Notes: a model not told the origin generated them from the sequence alone. A stretch of DNA of 64,000 bases from Balanoglossus misakiensis (GCA_040954595.2 CM082594.2:762247-826246); one strand, 5' to 3'. Positions 26,627 through 41,600 are shown, numbered from the stretch's first letter. Numbers and translations: made by a program.

Positions 26627-29600
26627 CATACAATCAACATGTCATATATGATCAGGGCACCAAATTCGAAGAATAAAGGTTTTTTTATTTTTTTTTCTAA
26701 AAATGACATTTTCAAGGAAAATTTGGTAAAACGCAATTTTGTCTGCAGTGAGCCAAATTAGACGGTCTTTTGCGGAATTTGTATCGATATATACATACGA
26801 AGAGCATTCTATACTCCATCAGATTTCCGAAAGTGTAGAAAACAGGTATTTTTTGTAATTTTCAAAAATTTACCATTTTGACCAAATTGTGGCTAAACTT
26901 GTTATTTTCGTGATGAATGCCGCCAGTGTCACTGCTTTTAAAAGCCATAAAAACTTTTAACACACAAGCAATTGTTTATATATGATCAGGTCACCGAATT
27001 AAAAATATAAAGAATGTTTTGCCTAAAAATGACCTTTTTGGTGCAAAAACGAATAAAACGCAATCTTGTATTAAATCAGTTCATTCAGAGTGCATGTTTT
27101 ATAATAAGCACCATTTTTACATATAATGGAAATTTCATACATCATCAGATATCCAAATATGAAAAAATGATTTAGATTTTAGATGATTGTCCAAAATTAG
27201 CTGATATCTAATAAACGTAGTATTGAACCGTTCTGTCCCCCCCCCCCCCCTTACATTATATGCGGTACGCCGATGTCAGCTTACCCGGCAGTACTGTAGG
27301 CCTTGCCCCCAACAAACGTCGGTGTTTGAAACGCCCTGGTTAAATTCGGGCTCTCTCTATAAATCGACAGGCAATAATGCAGTCCTACCGGAACAAATGT
27401 CGAGTGTTGACCCGCTGCGACTTTCCCTCTTCGGTTTGCCCAACTTAGCCAACGTCTTTGTACTAGAGTGTCGGGTCTTTTGCAGAGCCAGGCCGAAGGA
27501 AATCCGACTTGATCACCGTTGCTAACGAACGCTAGTGTCTGTCATGGTGTGCCGGGGTTTTAGTCGAGCCAGGCCGTAGGAGATCGGACTTGATCATCGT
27601 GGTCAATGTACGCGTGTTTCCGCTCTAAAGTGCCGGGGCTTCAGCTAAACCAGGCCGTAGGAAATCCGACGTAATCACCGTTGATAACTTACGCCAGTCT
27701 GTGTCATATAGAGCCGGTGCACCAGCCGAGTCACGCCGTAGGAAATCTGACTTGATCAACGTGGTCAATGTACGCCTGTTTCTGCTCTAGAGTGCCGGGG
27801 CTTCAGCTGAGCCAGGCCGTAGGAAACCCGACGTGATTACCGTTGTTAACTTACGCCAGTTTGTGTCCTATATATAGTGCCGGGGCATCAGCCGTGCCAG
27901 GCCGAAGGAAATGTGCGTAGATCAACGTGGTCTCTGTACGCGTGTTTCTGCTCTAGAGTGCCAGGGCTTTAGCCAAGCCATGCCGTAGGAAATCTGACTT
28001 GATCAACGTTGCTAACGAACGCTAGTGTCTGCCATAGTGTGCCGGGGTTTTAGTCGAGCCAAGCCGTAGGAGATCAGACTTGATCAACGTGGTCTCTGTA
28101 CGCGTGTTTCTGCTCTAGAGTGCCGGGGCTTTATCCAACCCATGCCGTAGAAAATCTGACTTGATCACCGTTGCTAACGTACGCTAGTGTCTGTCATATT
28201 GTGACGGAGATTTAGCCGAGCCAGGCCGTAGAAAAATCGACTTGTTCAACGTTACCAGTGTGCAACTGTTTCTGCTCTAGAGTGTCAGGGTTTTAGCCGA
28301 CTTATGCTGTAGGAAATCTGAGTTGATGAACGGGAATTCAATGTTAAAAAATCCGTGTGGAAAGTATCTCTACCCGTTTGAAACTAAGAAAAGAATTTTA
28401 TTCTTATTTATTTTGTAAAAAAGACAATTTTTCGAAAAAAAGTCGAAAAATTGCAATTTTGTCTTGGGTGATTCAAATTATACCGCCTTTTCTGGAATTT
28501 GCAGCACTTTTTACAAGAGAACGACACTTCATGCTTCATAATATTTCCGAAAATGAAGAAAAGAGTTAATTTTTTATGATTTTTCAAAAATGTACCATTT
28601 TGTCAAAATATGGCCAAAATGGCTATTTTTTCTTGAATTCCGTCAATATCTCTGCATTTTTGGAGTGGTCGAAAGTTTTAACATACAATCAACATGTCAT
28701 ATATGATCAGGGCACCAAATTCGAAGAACGAAGGTTTTTTTATTTTATTTTTCTAAAAATGACATTTTCAAGGAAAATTTGGTAAAACGCAATTTTGTCT
28801 GCAGTGAGCCAAATTAGACGGTCTTTTGTGGAATTTGTATCGATATATATATACGAAGAGCATTCTATATTCCATCAGATTTCCGAAAATGTAGAAAACA
28901 GGTATTTTTTGTAATTTTCAAAAATTTACCATTTTGACCAAATTGTGGTTAAAATTGTTATTTTCGTGTTGAATGCCGCCAGTGTCACTGCTTTTAAAAG
29001 TCATAAAAAACTTTTAACATGCAAGCAATTGCTTATATATGATCAGGCCACCGAATTAAAAAAATAAAGAATGTTTTGCCTAAAAATGACCTTTTTGGTG
29101 CAAAAACGAATAAAACGGAATTTTGTATTAAATCAGCTCATTCAGAGTGCATTTTTTATAATCAGCACCATTTTTACATATATTGGAAATTTCATACATC
29201 ATCAGATATCCAAATATGAAAAAATGATTTTAGATTTTAGATGATTGTCCAAAATTAGCTGATATCTAATAAATGTAGTATTGAACCGTTCTGTCCCCCC
29301 CCTACATTATATGCGGTACGCCGATGTCAGCTTACCCGGCAGTACTGCAGGCCGTGCCCCCAAATAACGTCGGTGTTTGAAACGCCCTGGTTAAATTCGG
29401 GCTTTCTCTATAAATTGACAGGCAATAATGCAGTCCTACCGGAACAAATGTCGAGTGTTGACCCGCTGTGACTTTCCCTCTCGGTTTGCCCGACTTAGCC
29501 AACGTCTTTGTACTAATGTGTCGGGTCTTTTGCAGAGCCAGGCCGAAGGAAATCCGACTTGATCACCGTTGCTAACGAACGCTAGTGTCTGTCATGGTGT

Positions 29601-32600
29601 GCCGGGGGTTTTAGAAGAGCCAGGCCGTAGGAGATCTGACTTGATCATCGTGGTCAATGTACGCGTGTTTCCGCTCTAAAGTGCCGGGGCTTCAGCTAAA
29701 CCAGGCCGTAGGAAATCCGACGTAATCACCGTTGATAACTTACGCCAGTCTGTGTCATATAGAGCCGGTGCACCAGCCGAATCACGCCGTAGGAAATCTG
29801 ACTTGATCAACGTGGTCTCCGTACGCGTGTTTCTGCTCTGGAGTGCCGGGGCTTTATCCAAGCCATGCCGTAGAAAATCTGACTTGATCACCGTTGCTAA
29901 CCTACGCTAGTGTCTGTCATATTGTGACGGAGATTTAGCCGAGCCAGGCCGTAGAAAATCTGACTTGATCACCGTTGCTAACGAACGCTAGTGTCTGTCA
30001 TAGTGTGCCGGGGTTTTAGTCGAACCAAGCCGTAGGAGATCAGACTTGATCAACGTGGTCTCTGTACGCGTGTTTCTGCTCTGGAGTGCCGGGGCTTTAT
30101 CCAAGCCATGCCGTAGAAAATCTGACTTGATCACCGTTGCTAACCTACGCTAGTGTCTGTCATATTGTGACGGAGATTTAGCCGAGCCAGGCCGTAGAAA
30201 AATCGACTTGTTCAACGTTGCCAGTGTGCAACTGTTTCTGTTCTAGAGTGTCAGGGTTTTAGCCGACTTGTAGGAAATCTGAGTTGATGAACGGGAATTC
30301 AATGTTAGAAATCCGTGTGGAAAGTATCTCTACCCGTTTGGAACTAAGAAAAGAATTTATTCTTATTTATTTTGTAAAAAAACAATATTTCGAAAAAAAG
30401 TCGAAAATGGTAATTTTGTCTTGGGTGATTCAAATTATACCGCCTTTTCTGGAATTTGCAGCACTTTTTACAAGAGAACGACACTTCATGCTCTATAATA
30501 TTTTCGAAAATGAAGAAAAGAGTTAATTTTTTATGATTTTTTAAAAATTTACCATTTTTGTCAAAATATGGCCAAAATGGCTATTTTTTCTTGAATTCCG
30601 TCAATATCTCAGCATTTTTGGAGTGGTCGAAAGTTTTAACATACAATCAACATGTCATATATGATCAGGCACTAAATTCGAAGAACAAAGGTCTTTTATT
30701 TTTTTTTCTAAAAATGACATTTTCAAGGAAAATTTGGTAAAACGCAATTTTGTCTGCAGTGAGACAAATTAGACGGTCTTTTGTGGAATTTGTATCGATA
30801 TATACATACGAAGAGCATTATATACTCCATCAGATTTCCGAAAATGTAGAAAACAGGTATTTTTTGTAATTTTCAAAAATTTACCATTTTGACCGAATTG
30901 TGGCTAAAATTGTTATTTTCGTGTTGAATGCCGCCAGTGTCACTGCTTTTAAAAGTCATAAAAACTTTTAACATACAAGCAATTGTTTATATATGATAAG
31001 GTCACCGTATTAAAAAAATAAAGAATGTTTTGACTAAAAATGACCTTTTTGGTGCAAAAACGAATAAAACGCAATTTTGTATTAAATCAGCTCATTCAGA
31101 GTGCATTTTTTATAATCAGCACCATTTTTACATATAATGGAAATTTCATACATCATCAGATATCCAAATATGAAAAAATGATTTAGATTTTAGATGATTG
31201 TCCAAAAGTAGCTGATATCTAATAAATGTAGTATTGAACCGTTCTGTCCCCCCCCCCCCCTACATTACATGCGGTACGCCGATGTCAGCTTACCCATCAG
31301 TACTGCAGGCCGTGCCCACAACTAACGTCGGTGTTTGAAACGCCCTGGTTAAATTCGGGCTTTCTCTATAAATTGACAGGCAATAATGTAGTCCTACCGG
31401 AACAAATGTCGAGTGTTGACCCGCTGTGACTTTCCCTCTTCGGTTTGCCCGACTTAGCCAACGTCTTTGTACTAGAGTGTCGGGTCTTTTGCAGAGCCAG
31501 GCCGAAGGAAATCCGACTTGATCACCGTTGCTAACGAACGCTAGTGTCTGTCATGGTGTGCCGGGGTTTTAGTCGAGCCAGGCCGTAGGAGATCTGACTT
31601 GATCATCGTGGTCAATGTACGCGTGTTTCCGCTCTAAAGTGCCGGGGCTTCAGCTAAACCAGGCCGTAGGAAATCCGACGTAATCACCGTTGATAACTTA
31701 CGCCAGTCTGTGTCATATAGAGCCGGTGTACCAGCCGAGTCACGCCGTAGGAAATCTTACTTGATCAACGTGGTCAATGTACGCCTGTTTCTGCTCTAGA
31801 GAGCCGGGGCTTCAGCTGAGCCAGGCCGTAGGAAACCCGACGTGATTACCGTTGTTAACTTACGCCAGTTTGTGTCCTATATATAGTGCCGGGGCATCAG
31901 CCGTGCCAGGCCGAAGGAAATGTGAGTAGATCAACGTGGTCTCTGTACGCGTGTTTCTGCTCTAGAGTGCCAGGGCTTTAGCCAAGCCATGCCGTAGAAA
32001 ATCTGACTTGATCACCGTTGCTAACGAACGCTAGTGTCTGTCATAGTGTGCCGGGGTTTTAGTCGAACAAAGCCGTAGGAGATCAGACTTGATCAACGTG
32101 GTCTCTGTACGCGTGTTTCTGCTCTGGAGTGCCGGGGCTTTATCCAAGCCATGCCGTAGAAAATCTGACTTGATCACCGTTGCTAACGTACGCTAGTGTC
32201 TGTCATATTGTGACGGAGATTTAGCCGAGCCAGGCCGTAGAAAAATCGACTTGTTCAACGTTACCAGTGTGCAACTGTTTCTGTTCTAGAGTGTCAGGGT
32301 TTTAGCCGACTTGTAGGAAATCTGAGTTGATGAACGGGAATTCAATGTTAGAAATCCGTGTGGAAAGTATCTCTACCCGTTTGGAACTAAGAAAAGAATT
32401 TATTCTTATTTATTTTGTAAAAAAACAATATTTCGAAAAAAAGTCGAAAATGGTAATTTTGTCTTGGGTGATTCAAATTATACCGCCTTTTCTGGAATTT
32501 GCAGCACTTTTTACAAGAGAACGACACTTCATGCTCTATAATATTTCCGAAAATGAAGAAAAGAGTTAATTTTTTATGATTTTTTAAAAATTTACCATTT

Positions 32601-35600
32601 TTGTCAAAATATGGCCAAAATGGCTATTTTTTCTTGAATTCCGTCAATATCTCAGCATTTTTGGAGTGGTCGAAAGTTTTAACATACAATCAACATGTCA
32701 TATATGATCAGGCACTAAATTCGAAGAACAAAGGTTTTTTATTTTTTTTTCTAAAAATGACATTTTCATGGAAAATTTGGTAAAACGCAATTTTGTCTGC
32801 AGTGAGCCAAATTAGACGGTCTTTTGTGGAATTTGTATCGATATATACATACGAAGAGCATTCTATACTCCATCAGATTTCCGAAAATGTAGAAAACATG
32901 TATTTTTTGTAATTTTCAAAAATTTACCATTTTGACCGAATTGTGGCTAAAATTGTTATTTTCGTGTTGAATGCCGCCAGTGTCACTGCTTTTAAAAGTC
33001 ATAAAAACTTTTAACATACAAGTAATTGTTTATATATGATAAGGTCACCGAATTAAAAAAATAAAGAATGTTTTGACTAAAAATGACCTTTTTGGTGCAA
33101 AAACGAATAAAACGCAATTTTGTATTAAATCAGCTCATTCAGAGTGCATTTTTATAATCAGCACCATTTTTACATATAATGGAAATTTCATACATCATCA
33201 GATATCCAAATATGAAAAGATGATTTACATTTTAGATGATTGTCAAAAATTAGCTGATATCTGATAAATGTAGTATTGAACCGTTCTGTTCCCCCCCCCC
33301 CCTACATTATATGCGGTACGCTGATGTCAGCTTACCCGGCAGTACTGCAGGCCGTGCCCCCAACTAACGTCGGTGTTTGAAACGCCCTGGTTAAATTCGG
33401 GCTTTCTCTATAAATTGACAGGCAATAATGCAGTCCTACCGGAACAAATGTCGAGTGTTGACCCGCTGTGACTTTCCCTGTTCGGTTTGCCCGACTTAGC
33501 CAACGTCTTTGTACTAGAGTGTCGGGTCTTTTGCAGAGCCAGGCCGAAGGAAATCCGACTTGATCACCGTTGCTAACGAACGCTAGTGTCTGTCATGGTG
33601 TGCCGGGGTTTTAGTCGAGCCAGGCCGTAGGAGATCTGACTTGATTATCGTGGTCAATGTACGCGTGTTTCCGCTCTAAAGGGCCGGGGCTTCAGCTACA
33701 CCAGGCCGTAGGAAATCCGACGTAATCACCGTTGATAACTTACGCCAGTCTGTGTCATATAGAGCCGGTGCACCAGCCGAGTCACGCCGTAGGAAATCTT
33801 ACTTGATCAACGTGGTCAATGTACGCCTGTTTCTGCTCTAGAGTGCCGGGGATTCAGCTGAGCCAGGCCGTGGGAAACCCGACGTGATTACCGTTGTTAA
33901 CTTACGCCAGTTTGTGTCCTATATATAGTGCCGGGGCATCAGCCGTGCCAGGCCGAAGGAAATGTGAGTAGATCAACGTGGTCTCTGTACGCGTGTTTCT
34001 GCTCTAGAGTGCCAGGGCTTTAGCCAAGCCATGCCGTAGGAAATCTGACTTGATCAACGTTGCTAACGAACGCTAATGTCTGTCATAGTGTGCCGGGGTT
34101 TTAGTCGAGCCAAGCCGTAGGAGATCAGACTTGATCAACGTGGTCTCTGTACGCGTGTTTCTGCTCTAGAGTGCCGGGGCTTTATCCAAGCCATGCCGTA
34201 GAAAATCTGACTTGATCACCGTTGCTAACGTACGCTAGTGTCTGTCATATTGTGACGGAGATTTAGCCGAGCCAGGCCGTAGAAAAATCGACTTGTTCAA
34301 CGTTACCAGTGTGCAACTGTTTCTGCTCTAGAGTGTCAGGGTTTTAGCCGACTTATGCTGTAGGAAATCTGAGTTGATGAACGGGAATTCAATGTTAGAA
34401 AACCCATTTGGAAAGTATCTCTACCCGTTTGAAACTAAGAAAAGAATTTATTCTTATTTATTTTGTAAAAAGGACAATTTTTCGAAAAAAAGTCGAAAAA
34501 TTGCAATTTTGTCTTGGGTGATTCAAATTATACCGCCTTTTCTGGAATTTGCAGCACTTTTTACAAGAGAACGACACTTCATGCTCCATAATATTTCCGA
34601 AAATGAAGAAAAGAGTTAATTTTTTATGATTTTTCAAAAATTTACCATTTTTGTCAAAATATGGCCAAAATGGCTATTTTTCTTGAATTCCGTCAATATC
34701 TCTGCATTTTTGGAGTGGTCGAGAGTTTTAACATACAATCAACATGTCATATATGATCAGGGCACCAAATTCGAAGAACAAAGGTTTTTCTATTTTTTTT
34801 TCTAAAATGACATTTTCAAGGAAAATTTGGTAAAACGCAATTTTGTCTGCAGTGAGCCAAATTAGACGGTCTTTTGTGGAATTTGTATCGATATATACAT
34901 ACGAAGAGCATTCTATACTCCATCAGATTTCCGAAAATGTAGAAAACAGGTATTTTTTGTAATTTTCAAAAATTTACCATTTTGACCAAATTGTGGCTAA
35001 AATTGTTATTTTCGTGATGAATGCCGCCAGTGTCACTGCTTTTAAAAGTCATAAAAACTTTTAACATACAAGCAATTGTTTATATATGATCAGGTCACCG
35101 AATTAAAAATATAAAGAATGTTTTGCCTAAAAATGACCTTTTTGGTGCAAAAACGAATAAAACGCAATCTTGTATTAAATCAGTTCATTCAGAGTGCATG
35201 TTTTATAATAAGCACCATTTTTACATATAATGGAAATTTCATACATCATCAGATATCCAAATATGAAAAAATGATTTAGATTTTAGATGATTGTCCAAAA
35301 TTAGCTGATATCTAATAAATGTAGTATTGAACCGTTCTGTCCCCCCCCCCCCTTACATTATATGCGGTACGCCGATGTCAGCTTACCCGGCAGTACTGTA
35401 GGCCGTGCCCCCAACAAACGTCGGTGTTTGAAACGCCCTGGTTAAATTCGGGCTCTCTCTATAAATCGACAGGCAATAATGCAGTCCTACCGGAACAAAT
35501 GTCGAGTGTTGACCCGCTGCGACTTTCCCTCTTCGGTTTGCCCAACTTAGCCAACGTCTTTGTACTAGAGTGTCGGGTCTTTTGCAGAGCCAGGCCGAAG

Positions 35601-38600
35601 GAAATCCGACTTGATCACCGTTGCTAACGAACGCTAGTGTCTGTCATGGTGTGCCGGGGTTTTAGTCGAGCCAGGCCGTAGGAGATCTGACTTGATCATC
35701 GTGGTCAATGTACGCGTGTTTCCGCTCTAAAGTGCCGGGGCTTCAGCTAAACCAGGCCGTAGGAAATCCGACGTAATCACCATTGATAACTTACGCCAGT
35801 CTGTGTCATATAGAGCCGGTGCACCAGCCGAGTCACGCCGTAGGAAATCTGACTTGATCAACGTGGTCAATGTACGCCTGTTTCTGCTCTAGAGTGCCGG
35901 GGCTTCAGCTGAGCCAGGCCGTAGGAAACCCGACGTGATTACCGTTGTTAACTTACGCCAGTTTGTGTCCTATATATAGTGCCGGGGCATCAGCCTTGCC
36001 AGGCCGAAGGAAATGTGAGTAGATCAACGCGGTGACTGTACGCGTGTTTCTGCTCTAGAGTGCCAGGGCTTTAGCCAAGCCATGCCGTAGGAAATCTGAC
36101 TTGATCAACGTTGCTAACGAACGCTAGTGTCTGTCATAGTGTGCCGGGGTTTTAGTCGAGCCAAACCGTAGGAGATCAGACTTGATCAACGTGGTCTCTG
36201 TACGCGTGTTTCTGCTCTAGAGTGCCGGGGCTTTATCCAACCCATGCCGTAGAAAATCTGACTTGATCACCGTTGCTAACGTACGCTAGTGTCTGTCATA
36301 TTGTGACGGAGATTTAGCCGAGCCAGGCCGTAGAAAAATCGACTTGTTCAACGTTACCAGTGTGCAACTGTTTCTGCTCTAGAGTGTCAGGGTTTTAGCC
36401 GACTTATGCTGTAGGAAATCTGAGTTGATGAACGGGAATTCAATGTTAGAAAACCCGTGTGGAAAGTATCTCTACCCGTTTGAAACTAAGAAAAGAATTT
36501 ATTCTTATTTATTTTGTAAAAAAGAAAATTTTTCGAAAAAAAGTAAAAAAATTGCAATTTTGTCTTGGGTGATTCAAATTATACCGCCTTTTCTGGAATT
36601 TGCAGCACTTTTTACAAGAGAACGACACTTCATGCTCCATAATATTTCCGAAAATGAAGAAAAGAGTTAATTTTTTATGATTTTTCAAAAATTTACCATT
36701 TTTGTCAAAATATGGCCAAAATGGCTATTTTTCTTGAATTCCGTCAATATCTCTGCATTTTTGGAGTGGTCGAGAGTTTTAACATACAATCAACATGTCA
36801 TATATGATCAGGGCACCAAATTCGAAGAACAAAGGTTTTTTTATTTTTTTTTCTAAAAATGACATTTTCAAGGAAAATTTGGTAAAACGCAATTTTGTCT
36901 GCAGTGAGCCAAATTAGACGGTCTTTTGTGGAATTTGTATCGATATATACATACGAAGAGCATTCTATACTCCATCAGATTTCCGAAAATGTAGAAAACA
37001 GGTATTTTTTGTAATTTTCAAAAATTTACCATTTTGACCAAATTGTGGCTAAAATTGTTATTTTCGTGATGAATGCCGCCAGTGTCACTGCTTTTAAAAG
37101 TCATAAAAACTTTTAACATACAAGCAATTGTTTATATATGATCAGGTCACCGAATTAAAAATATAAAGAATGTTTTGCCTAAAAATGACCTTTTTGGTGC
37201 AAAAACGAATAAAACGCAATCTTGTATTAAATCAGTTCATTCAGAGTGCATGTTTTATAATAAGCACCAATTTTACATATAATGGAAATTTCATACATCA
37301 TCAGATATCCAAATATGAAAAAATGATTTAGATTTTAGATGATTGTCCAAAATTAGCTGATATGTAATAAATGTAGTATTGAACCGTTCTGCCCCCCCCC
37401 CCCCCCCTTACATTATATGCGGTACGCCGATGTCAGCTTACCCGGCAGTACTGTAGGCCGTGCCCCCAACAAACGTCGGTGTTTGAAACGCCCTGGTTAA
37501 ATTCGGGCTCTCTCTATAAATCGACAGGCAATAATGCAGTCCTACCGGAACAAATGTCAAGTGTTGAACCGCTGTGACTTTCCCTGTTCGGTTTGCCCGA
37601 CTTAGCCAACGTCTTTGTACTAGAGTGTCGGGTCTTTTGCAGAGCCAGGCCGAAGGAAATCCGACTTGATCACCGTTGCTAACGAACGCTAGTGTCTGTC
37701 ATGGTGTGCCGGGGTTTTAGTCGAGTCAGGCCGTAGGAGATCTGACTTGATCATCGTGGTCAATGTACGCGTGTTTCCGCTCCACAGTGCCGGGGCTTCA
37801 GCTAAACCATGCCGTAGGAAATCTGGCGTAATCACCGTTGATAACTCACGCCAGTGTGTGTCATATAGAGCCGGTGCACCAGCCGAGTCACGCCGTAGGA
37901 AATCTGACTTGATCAACGTGGTCAATGTACGCCTGTTTCTGCTCAAAAGTGCCGGGGCTTTAGCTAAACCATGCCGTAGGAAATCCGACGTAATCACCGT
38001 TGATAACTTACGCCAGTCTGTGTCATATAGAGCCGGTGCACCAGCCGAGTCACGCCGTAGGAAATCTGACTTGATCAACGTGGTCAATGTACGCCTGTTT
38101 CTGCTCTAGAGTGCCGGGGCTTCAGCTGAGCCAGGCCGTAGGAAACCCGACGTGATTACCATTGTTAACTTACGCCAGTCTGTGTCCTATATATAGTGCC
38201 GGGGCATCAGCCGTGCCAGGCGAAAGGAAATGTGAGTAGATCAACGTGGTCTCTGTACGCGTGTTTCTGCTCTAGAGTGTCAGGGCTTTAGCAAAGCCAT
38301 GCCGTAGGAAATCTGACTTGATCAACGTTGCTAACGAACGCTAGTGTCTGTCATAGTGTGCCGGGGTTTTAGTCGAGCCAAGCCGTAGGAGATCAGACTT
38401 GATCAACGTGGTCTCTGTACGCGTGTTTCTGCTCTAGAGTGCCGGGGCTTTATCCAACCCATGCCGTTGAAAATCTGACTTGATCACCGTTGCTAACGTA
38501 CGCTAGTGTCTGTCATATTGTGACGAGATTTAGCCGAGCCAGGCCGTAGAAAAATCGACTTGTTCAGCGTTATCAGTGTGCAACTGTTTCTGCTCTAGAG

Positions 38601-41600
38601 TGTCAGGGTTTTTAGCCGACTTATGCTGTAGGAAATCTGAGTTGATGAACGGGAATTCAATGTTAGAAAACCCGTGTGGAAAGTATCTCTACCCGTTTGA
38701 AACTAAGAAAAGAATTTATTCTTATTTATTTTTTAAAATAGACAATTTTTCGAAAACAAGTCGAAAATGGTAATTTTGTCTTGGGTGATTCAAATTATAC
38801 CACATTTTCTGGAATTTGCAGCACTTTTTACAAGAGAACGACACTTCATGCTCCATAATATTTCCGAAAATGAAGAAAAGAGTTTTATTTTTTATGATTT
38901 TTTAAAAATGTACAATTTTGTCAAAATATGGCCAAAATGGCTATTTTTTCTTGAATTCCGTCAATATCTCTGCATTTTTGGAGTGGTCGAAAGTTTTAAC
39001 ATACAATCAACATGTCATATATGATCAGGGCACCAAGTTCGAAGAACGAAGGTTTTTTTATTTTATTTTTCTAAAAATGACATTTTCAAGGAAAATTTGG
39101 TAAAACGCAATTTTGTCTGCAGTGAGCCAAATTAGACGGTCTTTTGTGGAATTGGTATCGATATATATATACGAAGAGCATTCTATACTCCATCAGATTT
39201 CCGAAAATGTAGAAAACAGGTATTTTTTGTAATTTTCAAAAATTTACCATTTTGACCAAATTGTGGTTAAAATTGTTATTTTCGTGTTGAATGCCGCCAG
39301 TGTCACTGCTTTTAAAAGTCATAAAAACTTTTAACATGCAAGCAATTGCTTATATATGATCAGGTCACCGAATTAAAAAAATAAAGAATGTTTTGCCTAA
39401 AAATGACCTTTTTGGTGCAAAAACGAATAAAACGCAATTTTGTATTAAATCAGCTCATTCAGAGTGCATTTTTTATAATCAGCACCATTTTTACATATAA
39501 TGGAAATTTCATACATCATCAGATATCCAAATATGAAAAAATGATTTAGATTTTAGATGATTGTCCAAAATTAGCTGATATCTAATAAATGTGGTATTGA
39601 ACCGTTCTGTCCCCCCCCCCCCCCTACATTATATGCGGTACGCCGATGTCAGCTTACCCGGCAGTACTGCAGGCCGTGCCCCCAAATAACGTCCTTGTTT
39701 GAAACGCCCTGGTTAAATTCGGGCTTTCTCTATAAATTGACAGGCAATAATGCAGTCCTACCCGAACAAATGTCGAGTGTTGACCCGCTGCGACTTTCCC
39801 TCTTCGGTTTGCCCAACTTAGCCAACGTCTTTGTACTAATGTGTCGGGTCTTTTGCAGAGCCAGGCCGAAGGAAATCCGACTTGATCACCGTTGCTAACG
39901 AACGCTAGTGTCTGTCATGGTGTGCCGGGGTTTTAGTCGAGCCAGGCCGTAGGAGATCTGACTTGATCATCGTGGTCAATGTACGCGTGTTTCCGCTCCA
40001 CAGTGCCGGGGCTTCAGCTAAACCATGCCGTAGGAAATCTGGCGTAATCACCGTTGATAACTCACGCCAGTGTGTGTCATATAGAGCCGGTGCACCAGCC
40101 GAGTCACGCCGTAGGAAATCTGACTTGATCAACGTGGTCAAAGTACGCCTGTTTCTGCTCAAAAGTGCCGGGGCTTTAGCTAAACCATGCCGTAGGAAAT
40201 CCGACGTAATCACCGTTGATAACTTACGCCAGTCTGTGTCATATAGAGCCGGTGCACCAGCCGAGTCACGCCGTAGGAAATCTGACTTGATCAACGTGGT
40301 CAATGTACGCCTGTTTCTGCTCTAGAGTGCCGGGGCTTCAGCTGAGCCAGGCCGTAGGAAACCCGACGTGATTACCGTTGTTAACTTACGCCAGTCTGTG
40401 TCCTATATATAGTGCCGGGGCATCAGCCGTGCCAGGCCGAAGGAAATGTGAGTAGATCAACGTGGTCTCTGTACGCGTGTTTCTGCTCTAGAGTGTCAGG
40501 GCTTTAGCAAAGCCATGCCGTAGGAAATCTGACTTGATCAACGTTGCTAACGAACGCTAGTGTCTGTCATAGTGTGCCGGGGTTTTAGTCGAGCCAAGCC
40601 GTAGGAGATCAGACTTGATCAACGTGGTCTCTGTACGCGTGTTTCTGCTCTAGAGTGCCGGGGCTTTATCCAACCCATGCCGTTGAAAATCTGACTTGAT
40701 CACCGTTGCTAACGTACGCTAGTGTCTGTCATATTGTGACGAGATTTAGCCGAGCCAGGCCGTAGAAAAATCGACTTGTTCAGCGTTATCAGTGTGCAAC
40801 TGTTTCTGCTCTAGAGTGTCAGGGTTTTAGCCGACTTATGCTGTAGGAAATCTGAGTTGATGAACGGGAATTCAATGTTAGAAAACCCGTGTGGAAAGTA
40901 TCTCTACCCGTTTGAAACTAAGAAAAGAATTTATTCTTATTTATTTTTTAAAAAAGACAATTTTTCGAAAACAAGTCGAAAATGGTAATTTTGTCTTGGG
41001 TGATTCAAATTATACCACATTTTCTGGAATTTGCAGCACTTTTTACAAGAGAACGACACTTCATGCTCCATAATATTTCCGAAAATGAAGAAAAGAGTTT
41101 ATTTTTTATGATTTTTTAAAAATGTACCATTTTGTCAAAATATGGCCAAAATGGCTATTTTTTCTTGAATTCCGTCAATATCTCTGCATTTTTGGAGTGG
41201 TGGAAAGTTTTAACATACAATCAACATGTCATGTATGATCAGGGCACCAAATTCGAAGAACGAAAGTTTTTTTATTTTATTTTTCTAAAAATGACATTTT
41301 CAAGGAAAATTTGGTAAAACGCAATTTTGTATGCAGTAAGCCAAATTAGACGGTCTTTTGTGGAATTTGTATCGATATATATATACGAAGAGCATTCTAT
41401 ACTCCATCAGATTTCCGAAAATGTAGAAAACAGGTATTTTTTGTAATTTTCAAAAATTTACCATTTTGACCAAATTGTGGTTAAAATTGTTATTTTCGTG
41501 TTGAATGCCGCCAGTGTCACTGCTTTTAAAAGTCATAAAAACTTTTAACATGCAAGCAATTGCTTATATATGATCAGGCCACCGAATTAAAAAAATAAAG

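Larger units (their letters stand above)
1..26627 (-). repeat. Left arm of complex ~2.05-kb tandem repeat array (11 poly-G cores plus partial units); strand label is arbitrary, opposite to the right arm
   Basis: Poly-G core followed by 'acagaacggttcaatactac' recurs at ~2406, 4650, 6705, 8953, 11005, 13058, 15113, 18824, 20879, 22930 and 24979. Spacing is mostly ~2050 bp. The same short ORF translations recur on the - strand. Confidence 0.98.
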
